Source of the DNA: Psammoneis japonica
Taxonomy: Eukaryota
Direction: 5' to 3'
DNA length: 21,202 bases
NCBI GenBank assembly: GCA_008632985.1
Contig: QPGO01000191.1
Span: 124,001-145,202, forward strand
This document shows, in pieces, positions 1-9,593 of this stretch (the stretch's first letter is position 1; the number at the start of each line of letters is the position of its first letter). Made by a program: the position numbers and the translations under genes. The notes under the pieces were generated by a model. It made no database searches. It saw only the letters and a list, made by a program, of their open reading frames with translations, and was not told the DNA's origin.

Positions 1-827
1 CCATGCAACCAGGGCCAGAGTTGCACTGGCTTCTTTTGGTCCAGGGTGGTTGCTGCAGGTGCAAAGAGTGGGGCACATTGCAGCTGCAGGAGGGCAACAA
101 TGTGACTCTGAGTGTGTGCTGCCAAGCTGAGAAGCCCAGCTTGGTTGTGAGCCAAGCCCTGCCAGGCCTGCTGCCCTGGCTCCACAGCTGCTCCTCCTGG
201 TGTGTGCATCAATTGTTGAAGGAGCACCACATTGACTCAAAGGCTGTGTTTTGGGTGGAACAGAGAGGGAAAGAATTGTTGTCCTCTTGACTGGTGCTTG
301 CTTCAGACCCCACATCATGAGCACAAGCTCCTCTTGAGAAATGAGTGAGAGACACTTCACACAGTCATTTTTGGTGCCTCTCTTTGGCTGCCCACTTGGC
401 ATTGCCAACAAACTCTTGAACCCAACCTCACTCACAATTTCTTCACCCTTCAACCACAAAAGCAGGCTCAACTTTTTGTTGGCTTTTTTGTGGCCAGGGA
501 TCACTGTTGCAGGCACAAATGGTGGGCACATGCCATGTGGCTCTGCTTGGCAACAATGTGATGCCAAGCAAGCATGTGCCACCCACCAAGGAGCCAAGCA
601 GCCCAGCTCAGCTTTGAATGGAGCTCCAGGACAGCAGCCAGCTCTTGGTGCTCCCAGCATGGCTTGCTTGCTCAAGCTGTGCTGCATTCACCCCACAATG
701 CTCTGTGTTGTGGTGGCTTGTCGCAAGCCATGAGGAGTCTGCAGTTGGCCAGGGGCCCATTTTGTAAAGGCCACACATGTTGTGTGAGGGGCCAGGTGCA
801 GAGATCTGCAACAACAGCTTTGTGGCT

Positions 828-1117
828 GTTGGCACCAAGTTGGCATTTGATTGGGAGTCAGTGCTGAGGGGCTGTGAAGTGGCTGTGCTGGGGTCAGGAG
901 CCCAGCCAGCTCACACTCTCTTGTTGTCACAAATTGCTGTCACAGCTGTCTTTGCATTGCAACCAGCCAGGTGCAGTTGGTCCCAAGCTGGCACTTGATT
1001 TGGAGTGACTGCCAAGGAACTGTGAAGTGTGGGGTTGGGCAGTCCAGCCAGCTCACACTCTTTGCTGACAGCAGAAAGTGCTGTCACACCTGTCTTTGCA
1101 TTGTGGTGCCAGCCAGG
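828..1117. repeat. Diverged tandem duplication, two ~143-bp units (828-971, 976-1117)
   Basis: Both units share the blocks ccagccagctcacactct, tgctgtcaca.ctgtctttgcattg and ccagccagg. Minus-strand translations are similar (NAKTGVTA..ELAGL..LHSS..TPNQVPAW vs NAKTAVTA..ELAGL..LHSP..TPNQMPTW). Confidence 0.8.
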
Positions 1118-2354
1118 CACACATGGCCAGAGCAGCCTTGGCACATCCTGCTGACAAAACTGGCAAAACAGCAGCTCTTGTGGTTGGGCCAGCATGCAGG
1201 CAGTCTGGGCACACCCCTGGGAAGTCAAACAGGAAGGAGGGCTCAGCATTGCCGCCAGTGCCAGAAACATGCTCAGCAGCTTGTCTTGAGAGAGATTCGA
1301 GCCCACACAGCCCCGAGCTGGGTGTCTTGGCTGGCAGGTTGGAAAGCATTCTTGAGCACAGTCTGGTGTGTGGGTGGCACTGTCACCAAGAGAGCTGCTC
1401 TGCAGAGGAAGAGGGAAACAGGCAACAGCATTTTGCAAGAACTGTTTTTTTTTTCAATGGTTGGGTGGGATGGGGCAGCATCTGGACTTTGACGGAGCAT
1501 TTGGCGGACAAAGCTTGAGCACAGAGAGCTGTCCACTCAAGCTCCACAAGTGGCACATTCCAAAGGTGACACCACACATGGGCCATTTGTTCATGCATCA
1601 ACATGCATCAAGCTGCAAGTCTCACAAAAAACCACCACCAACCTTTCAACCAACCACCATGGAGGAGAGAACAGGGCAAGAGGTTCGAAACAAGAGTGAT
1701 TCGTTGACTCTCTTCTTGTTTCATGCATTCAAGAGCTTCTTGTCCTTCTTGAACATTTGTTGTGCATTGTTGTCTCTTTTAATTCAAGTGCAAAGAGGAA
1801 TCACTTTTCTTGTTTCTTTCTCTTGAGGGGTTGTTGGTTGTTGAGTGATGCAATTTTTGTTGTCACATTTTTGGAAATGTTGGCAAACCCGATCACTGGC
1901 TTGATTGTCAACCCATTCACCATTTTAAGTCTCCATGGCATAAAATGCCATAAGCCCAGAGCCCTCAATTGTTTCATCAAACGCAGTGCTTTGCACACGT
2001 CCAACATCAACTCGACTCAGTTGAAATCCCAATTTGTGGGCGATGAAAAATCACGAATGTCAAACAAATGGCTACTTTCGACACCAACATCCCCGAGTTC
2101 AATCCAAATGTGACGGTATGCCTTACAGCTTATGACCATGACACATACAAGCATGCTTTATTGTTGCCATCGCGTGCTCGTATTGAAAATGCCGATAGAT
2201 CAAAGTTTACGAAAAGGATGGAATACAAATTCATTTGTGTATTCATTAGTGGCATTGGAATAATGACATTAAGGGCAGAAGGGATCTAAAATCCTTATTC
2301 ATCATTGACATTTCTGTATTGCTCAGAATTTGAATTCTGACCACTGCCGTTAAG

Positions 2355-2493
2355 CATTTAGCTTTCTTTGTGTCGAAGTGTAAATGACACTTAACGATTT
2401 GCACTAATCATATAGCTGTCTCTGTGTCGAAGTGGAAATGACACTTAACGTTTTACACTATTCATTTAGCTTACTTTGACTCGAAGTCAAATG
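2355..2493. repeat. 54-bp tandem repeat, ~2.5 units starting at 2355, 2409 and 2463
   Basis: cat.tagct..ct.tgtgtcgaagtg.aaatgacacttaacg.ttt.cacta.t repeats at exact 54-bp spacing; the third unit is partial. Confidence 0.85.
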
Positions 2494-2551
2494 TCGAGTT
2501 TGGGTTATGGGCTTATCGTTATTCAGCCACGATCATGAAGTCTTTGCCGAA

Positions 2552-2573
2552 AAAAGCCGGTCGACCGGCTTTT
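2552..2573. other. Perfect 22-bp palindrome AAAAGCCGGTCGACCGGCTTTT
   Basis: Read directly; it lies ~190 bp downstream of the stop of the minus-strand ORF ending at 2759. Confidence 0.9.
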
Positions 2574-2758
2574 CTCGAGCTCCAAAAGCTTTAAAAAACA
2601 TAATTGCATTACCCTCAGTGCAGAGCTCGTACGGTAGTGCTGTATGTTTTTTGTGTGAAACGGCATGCACAATGCACACAGCGCATCACGCGTGGTGTTG
2701 CAAATTCCGGCAATGATCATTAGCCAGCTACGATGTGGATGCAACCACTGCCACAGCA

Positions 2759-3033
2759 TCAGCCAAAGGTTCCCAAGAACATTTCGAAACCGAAACTAAC
2801 TGAAACATTCTTGGATGGGGAAATGAGCAGATCGTAAATGCACTCAAGCATGTGTGAGACTAGATGCAATTGTCTCGACTTCATCTCGGCACCGTTCATC
2901 TTGGCCTCTTGCAGCTTCTTCAATGTGCGTTTGCTCCAAATGAAAACACCATCTTGAGCATTGACAACATTCTCTGTTCCATTTGATTCTGAAAAGCCCA
3001 CGCCCACAAATGCTTCCAAGTTTTGGAAGTGCC
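2759..3033 (-). pseudogene. C-terminal part of the ORF interrupted by the copia element (GIY-YIG-like domain, 3' half)
   Basis: Removing 3034-13384 plus one GTGCC copy joins the flanks in frame: ...GLDNL*RGH|FQNLEAFVGVGF...LHLVSHMLECIYDLLISPSKNVSVSFGFEMFLGTFG-stop. The TGA is plausibly a decayed CGA. Confidence 0.7.
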
Positions 3034-3309
3034 TGACAGAAATCGAAGGCAGGCGGCAAGAACTCAAACAATGGCTCCTTGCTGCTGTCTAAATGGCAGA
3101 TGAGTCTCCGCTCAGAGACCATCGCAGGAGCCAAAAGACGTGCAAGTCAGTGCAATCGGGCCACTGTTGTCATTCTTGCGAGCCTTGTGGCTCAAAAGCA
3201 AACTGCATCGCGCGCGAACGCGCGGAACCAAAGCACGCAAAACTGTGAGCGGCAAACTAAACAGCGCGCGACATTTCGCGCGCACCCAAATCCTGTTCAA
3301 ATCCTGTCA
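3034..3309 (-). repeat. 3' LTR (276 bp)
   Basis: Aligns without gaps to 13109-13384; TG...CA termini with a TGACAG/CTGTCA inverted end. Confidence 0.97.
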
Positions 3310-3315
3310 CTCCCC
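3310..3315 (-). other. Polypurine tract (GGGGAG on minus strand) abutting the 3' LTR
   Basis: ctcccc immediately follows the LTR end at 3309, the canonical position for a copia PPT. Confidence 0.8.
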
Positions 3316-3321
3316 AGTTTG

Positions 3322-4870
3322 CTTGAGGAGCCACAGAAACAGATTCGACTTTGGATGGAATGAAGTTCCAGAACATGAGGGGGCGGAGAAGGTCCCAGAC
3401 TTGGGAGCAACCCCAGTGCTTGCTGAGAATGTCAGCAGGGTTGCGGGAGCCTTAGATGAAGTGGAGCTCAAGGCAACCAGAGGCAATTGCCTCACGCACA
3501 CGGTGGAATGACAGTGCGGTGTGTCGCTTGTGTAACTTGGAGTGCGGGATGGTGGCACTGTCTACAACCGACTTGTTGTCACCGAACATGTGGCTGACAT
3601 CATGGATCGGGACGCCAAGGCAGCGCAGGGTGATGTGCAGGTCGACAATCTGCTCGACACAAGTCCTTGCGGCAACAAATTCAGACCCGCAGGTCACAGT
3701 CTCCATGGTGGCTTGCTTCTTGGAGAACCAATCAGCCAGGAATTTGTTGAGGAAGTGGAGCATTCCCATGACAGAGCGTCTGGTGAGCATGCAATGGCAC
3801 AAGTTTGCATCGACGCAGTGGGTGGCAGTGAGGAACTTGCCAAGGGGCGGTGGAGCGTCCTTTGGGATCATCTCTTCTGCTTTGCCGCACACAGAATGCA
3901 TCCATTCATGGGCCGGAGCAGGGAGATCCGAACAGTTGGGCTCTTCCGTGCGAACGCGGAGAGCGCCGTGTCGCATCTTGGAGAGGTGCCCACAGACGCG
4001 TTTGGCACGATCCAAGTGGCCTTGACGGGGCACAGCTCGGAAGCTAGAGAGTGACATGATGGCTGTGGTGGTGTCAATTCGACCAAGGGACACTGCCCAT
4101 TGGAGTGAACCAACAAGAGACTGGAACTTGTGAATGCCATCGGGCCCCAGCAGTTCGGAAGTGTCCAGTTCGGGGTGGTCACCCTTCTCCAGAGGTGACA
4201 GGGCGTTGGTGGCAGGTTTCTCCCCAAACAGTTGGGTGCAGCTGTCGACCATGCACTTGATGCACTTGCACGGAGACAGGCACAAGGTGCCGTTGGGATC
4301 CCGGGAAAAGTCGCAGCCCAGATGGAACTCAATCGGTCCCGCACCCTTGAGCTTGAACTTGTGCTTTTCCGTGAGAGTGTCGACGAAAGATTGAGGGTCC
4401 TTCATGGCAATGGCGAGGTCATCCACACAAACGGCAATGTGTTCATGGTGGTCACCGTTCCTGCGCATCCAAATGTCGGGTTCGGCACGGCAGGGGAAGA
4501 AGCCTTCAGCTTGTGGGCAGTCAGCAAAGCGCTCGTGCCAGCGGAGGCCAGAGCTGGGCAGTCCATGCAGGGCCTTGTGGATGACAAGGATGTGGCCTTT
4601 GAGTTTGCCAAATTCAGGTCCGGCTGCAATGTAGAGCTTCTCCTTGGTGGTGGCTTCAAGGCAGGCATTGCCAATGTTGGTGGCCCATGTCTCCAACTCG
4701 TTGAGTTTGGCCAGGAAAATCATCAGCCGAAGGCCACGGAGGGAGACTGCTCCGGAGCAGACACTGTCGATGGGTGCATCCGTGAGGTGCCCATCAGCTG
4801 CGAGTCGTGCCTTGTGGCGACCGTCGTGTTTCACGTCATGCACTGGGTGCACTCGGATCTTCTTGTGTCC
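3322..4870 (-). pseudogene. pol: Copia reverse transcriptase + RNase H, hypermutated
   Basis: Motifs KHDGRHKARL, IGNACLEA, KALHGL (KALYGL), VCVDDL (YVDD), WFSKKQATMET.TCGSEF, MFGDNKSVV, KLHKRH.ALSFHRVRE. After a premature TAA at 3452-3454 the frame continues NPADILSKHWG. The 3' end is approximate. Confidence 0.95.
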
Positions 4871-4874
4871 CGCA

Positions 4875-4900
4875 GAGTCGCACCACAATCAGGTGTCGAG
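4875..4900 (+). repeat. Left TIR of Sola-type element
   Basis: Exact reverse complement of 8631-8656. A subterminal TGGACATTTC at 4917-4926 is mirrored at 8616-8625. Confidence 0.97.
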
Positions 4901-4940
4901 GGGGGCAATTGGATTTTGGACATTTCGATTTATTTGGCTT

Positions 4941-7900
4941 TCAGTCACGAGTGCAGATCCTGCCTTCCCCACCACACACAAAAAAAAACAACCCAACAGC
5001 GAACCACCATGTTGCTCCATTTTGAGCTACATTGTCGACCTCCTCTGCCTCCTCGACACCATCCAAGTCATCATCATTCTCATCATCGTCAGTGTCGGCA
5101 TCCACAACAGCACAATTGGCTGCAAGTGGTGCAGATTGCGCAGCTGCACTTCCAGCACGAACGTGCTTGACAAGGCGCTGCGCAACTTCATGTTTGAGAC
5201 CCGAAACCGGCAGTCCAAGCAGCCTGAGCTTGTCCTGAATCATTTTCTTGGTGATGTCCTCGGTTCCAAACATCTCGGCAAGCTGTGGCAAGAATGCCTG
5301 AAAGTGTCCCTGTAATTCTGCCGTTCTCTCCGAGTTGTCAATTCGCTCTCTCACCCAGCACGCCTTTGAATCTCGGATGTTCTTAAAAGGACAGGGCTGT
5401 TGGACTTGTTGGCAGCAGGAAAGGCACGAGCAAGGCATTTTTGAAGCGAGAATCTTCCACTTGTCAGGATCCTGTGGCTTTGGGTGGAGAAACCCAACTG
5501 CTTCGTGGAGTTTCTGGGTGTCCTTGATTCGCGTGCCTTGAGGTGCGTTTTAACGATCGGTGAATGCTGTGTGCCTGTGCTCGTTTCTCAGCTTCTCAAA
5601 CTCTTCTTTCTTTTCCGAGACGTGCCCAAACAGTCTTCTAGACACCATGAATGTTTTCTTTCCAAGGATGCCGGGATCGCTTGACGCTTCGAGTGACTTC
5701 CAGTCTGTTTTTGGTTCGTGGTTGCCCAGCTCCCGTCGCATGTGAACAAAGCAGGACAAAGCATCGGGCAGTCGTACCCCGCCAGCGTCCTTTGCACGGT
5801 GTTCCATTTGACTCATGCGGTGCTTCACCACCTTCCCTGCTGCATCCCACACCCCTTTAAAATGACATTTCTGTGCAAACCGGTGAGCAACTGCAACCCC
5901 GTCGACCGTGCTGTGGCCCGCAGTTGTCCGTCCACACCACAATGTGCTTCAGGTTGATGCCACGCTTCTTGAACTCACGCTTGCAGTGTTGAACAATCTC
6001 AAGAAGGCATGCATCATGGAAAACGTGGTCATTCTTCTTCCCTTTTGACATCGTTTCACCAAAGAAGTGCCAGACGTCGCAATCGTTGATTTGCCATTTC
6101 TTGTCTGCACCATTGTGCTTCACTGTGATTGTTCTTGGAGAATGCAGGACAACAAAAATGCAAAGGACAGCATGGGCGTCGACTGAGCAATTGTCAGTGA
6201 GGCACGCGCGAAGATCACACGCAGCGGAGAAGTCGGTGAAAATTGGCAGCTCCTCGATGGTGAGGGCATGTGTGTCAATGCATCGTGTGAGATTGATGAG
6301 TTCAGTCTCACAACAGTGCTTTCTACACTTTTTCAGCTGCATCTGCAGTCGTTCAACAACCGTTTTCACTGGAAGCTCCATGTCCGTCAGTTCAATTTGC
6401 GCACTCTGTTCACCTTTCGCGTTGGTCCCAGCTCTCGGTGCTGGCAGCCATTCCTTCACCGGGATGTTGACATCGCATTCGGTGAGTGCTGCACATTCTT
6501 GTGGCTTCAGTTTGTTGACTCCACAATTCTGACAGTCCCCGTGTGTGCATTTCCAAGGGATTGGCTTTGGTGGGCGGCCTCCAACCTCGGTGCAAAGCAT
6601 TGGCTGTTCCTCTGCCGGACAGCACGCAGCTTCAACCATGGACTTGTAGCCCTTTCCTGGCAGTGAAAAAATGTCATCTGTGCCGGATCCATCATCTTCA
6701 TCCTCCCTCATTTGCATGTGTAAGTCGCAAGTGCAGTTTGTTGCTTTTTCACGAATGACTTTGTTGCTCTTCAATGCTTTGTTCAGCACACTCATGTGCT
6801 CTTCTAGCCCGGTCTTTAGCAAATCCACACAGGAATGCTCAGACGGATCCTGAGCGCACCGGCAAACACAACCTCGGAATCGTTCCTTGCCTGTTGTGCT
6901 GCCACAGGTCTCTTGAAAGGACTTGCAGACATCCGATTGTTGGAACGTGTTGCATCGACTCTCGAGAGTTGCGTCATTCCACACTCTAGCTGGATGTTTT
7001 GCGCTTTCCCCTGTCGCCGGATCCTTGACTTTATAAACCCCACTTGACTCAGTGTCAACTCTAGATCCTTCTTCTGAATGGCAGAACTCAAGTGCGCAAA
7101 GCTCTGCTTCATCGTAGATGCAGTCACTCCGTTTCTTTCTTTTCCGAAATTCAAACTGATCCCCGCTCTCATGGAGGTCACGAGCTCTCTTGCGACTGGC
7201 TTTCACGTTGTGCCATCTGGTTCCCAACCGCCTTGACACCTTTTCTCCGCTGATGGAGGATTGCTCATCTGTTGAATCAGGCAAGCCACAGCAAGCAGCA
7301 GTTAAAACAGCATCAACTGCATTCCTTGTTTGAGCAGGCACTGTGCCATGGTGCTTGTGCTTTTCGAGAAAGTCGTGCAATCCGTCGACAATCGATTTGT
7401 CGACATCAGCATCTTGTGGATTCGCTGCAGCTGTCGCATTGCTCGAATGATCAACACGTTTTTCAAGCATGTCTAGCACTTTACATGCCAATGCTTTGTT
7501 CTTGTCCGTCAAAGCAATGAGTGCCTGCTCCAATCTCTTCACGTGTCGCGACACCGTCTTTTCGGAAACATTGTTTGCTTGCGACAATTTCTCATCAGTG
7601 ACATCGTCCCACTCAAGAACCTTCTTCTTCCTTCCATCAGCATCAAGAAAGTGTTCACTTTTACGACGCAATCCAAGAGCCAGGCCTTTTGAAAAAGGCG
7701 AGAGTAGCTTGCGCTCATCGTCTGAGGCTTTGTTGCTCTTTGTCGGTGTGCCGGCATGAGAAATGCCACTTGCGGAGGTAGCAGCAGAATTGTTGTTGCT
7801 GTTGGAGGCAGCCACAGGTGCAGGAGGAGGAGGAGACTCGTCCTCATTGTCAGCAGGCTGTTTCTTGCTTTTCTCCTTCTCTTCAGCCCTGGCTTTTTTC

Positions 7901-8349
7901 TTTTCGTGAGCCTTCTTGAGCACCTTGAGTAGAGAATTCTTGTCGGACTCAGTCACGGAACAATGCGTGGCTCTGGCAACCACTTTTTTTTTCACATGAT
8001 TGCACCATTCATCCCCTCCTGTGTGGGGTGGTGGGCGATCTCCTTCATCAGTTGCAAAACAGCAGTTGAGCGTTCTGCCGCTAGAATTTGGATCTCCATT
8101 CGGACGAGTGTCAGGAGTGTGCTGTCTTCGGAACGTGCCCATGCCGTTTCCGTTCTCATCATTAGATTGTTTGCATCGTGCATCCCTTGCCAGAGCATCA
8201 TTGAGCAACCCCGAAGTGAGCTGCTCGTCATCAGATGTGCCACACTCTTTCCGAATCAACGCTGCAAAATCATCCGCAATGATCCATCTTCTGCGACACC
8301 CATCGTGGGACGAGACCCTCTGAAATGCTGTGGCAACAGCCTTGCACAT
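4941..8349 (-). pseudogene. Sola2-like DDD transposase with C-terminal Cys cluster, SAP domain and acidic tail; disrupted
   Basis: Motifs FTDFSAACDL (D1), VWTDNCGPQ (D2), HRFAQKCHFKGVWDAAGKVVK (D3; compare the Sola2-type HGKG..D..G..VK). Frameshifting deletion near 5907; stop at 5550-5552. Then CSCLSC....PC and SAP-like ITKKMIQDKLRLLGLPVSGLKHEVAQRL (5172-5255). Confidence 0.8.
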
Positions 8350-8630
8350 GGTTTCCAGCTGCAGGCAATTTCACATTTAGATCCCCATGGGAGTGAAGAA
8401 GCTTGCTTGCCTTTGGCCTGCAGCTGGACGACTGTTCCAGTTGCGGTGAATGCAACCGAGTAGAGATGAAGTGCACTGATGAAAAGGATTCCCTCCGACG
8501 TGGTGTTGGAGGCAATTCTGACGTTGTTGCTGCCGCTGAGCAAAGGAATCCCAGATGTGAGAAACAGCAAAAAAACACTTTTTTCTAAATGTTTTTGTCA
8601 GGATTCCCTTTCTCTGAAATGTCCACGTGA

Positions 8631-8656
8631 CTCGACACCTGATTGTGGTGCGACTC
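8631..8656 (-). repeat. Right TIR of Sola-type element
   Basis: ctcgacacctgattgtggtgcgactc followed by the TSD cgca. Confidence 0.97.
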
Positions 8657-9593
8657 CGCAGGAGGAGTGGAAGACTCGGAGGGCCCGCAGTCATGGAAGA
8701 CTTCGCATTCCTCGAGTTGGTCCATCTCGAGATTAGTTGCGTCTCCCCATTTGCGGTTGCTGCTGCGTTTGTCTGGTGACATGGCAGGTTTGCAGTTCCG
8801 GGGAACTTCGCATCCGCACTTGCAGCAAGGTGCAGTGCGGAAGGAGCGAAGCTTGGCTTGGTTGGCCATGCAGAATGGCTTCTTCTGGCGCCTCGCGATG
8901 GTGCGGAACCGCTTCCAGCCATCAGTGTCGAGAAGTCCGTTCTCTCATGCACAGATGGCACAGGTGACAGGGTTGTCCTTGGCGATGATGGCAAGAGGCT
9001 CGGACGTGATCTCCCCACTTTCCCATTCAAGCACAATGTTGTAGCTTGAGCCTTTCCAGGTTGGGTCATGAGGCTTCAGAGGTCCTTCGTGTGGCACAAT
9101 GCGTCGAAATTTCCAAACAGCAGTGTCTTTGTCTTCTTGCTCAATGTAATTCATGATGTCGTTGCAGGCCAGGACTTCCTTGCATTTGTCGTTGTTGACA
9201 GAGCAGACGAACTTGGTGAGCTCGGGATTGCCGTTCACTTTCCATTCGTGGTCTTCGACAGCCTTGACGATGCGAGCTCTGTGGTGCTGTCCGTCCTCTT
9301 GTGGCTGCATGAGGAAGGTGCGTCCGATGATGTCTTGCGGGTTGAAAACTGGCATCTTGGGTGTCCTGATCTCCCCATTGGGTGAATCGACGGGGTTGTC
9401 GTCATGGCGAGATTTGATGATGGGTTCAGGTGGCTCCCCATCAGGAGGATCAAGATGCAGGTTTCGAACGGCAGGATCGGTGGCAGCGGATCGTACGTTG
9501 GACCGGCAGAGGATCTTCTGAGTCTCGTCAGAGAGAATCTTGAAGGTCATTTGGTGGCCGACGTGCTCAGCAATGCCAACAAAGCGTCCACAC
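8657..9593 (-). pseudogene. pol: Copia pol middle segment: integrase C-terminal region and linker to RT
   Basis: GRFVGIAEHVGHQMTFKIL, IIGRTFL, WKFRRI..HEGPL, LEWESGEITSEPL.IIAKDNPVTCA, then past a stop NGLLDTDGWKRFR...KWGDATNLEMDQLEECEVF. I recognise these as typical of diatom CoDi pol. Confidence 0.88.

Larger units (their letters stand above)
4875..8656 (-). mobile_element. Sola2-type DNA transposon (3782 bp) inserted in the copia RT
   Basis: Perfect 26-bp TIRs GAGTCGCACCACAATCAGGTGTCGAG (4875-4900, 8631-8656). 4-bp TSD CGCA (4871-4874, 8657-8660). 5'-GAG termini with a 4-bp TSD fit Sola2. Excision restores the pol frame (STPPA|GHKKIRVH). Confidence 0.88.

Noticed and set aside
1600..2340. 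Host gene in or next to the TA-rich island (short ORFs such as 2068-2289)
   Set aside because: Only short frames with no recognisable motif; a stop-interrupted minus-strand relic is possible but could not be identified.
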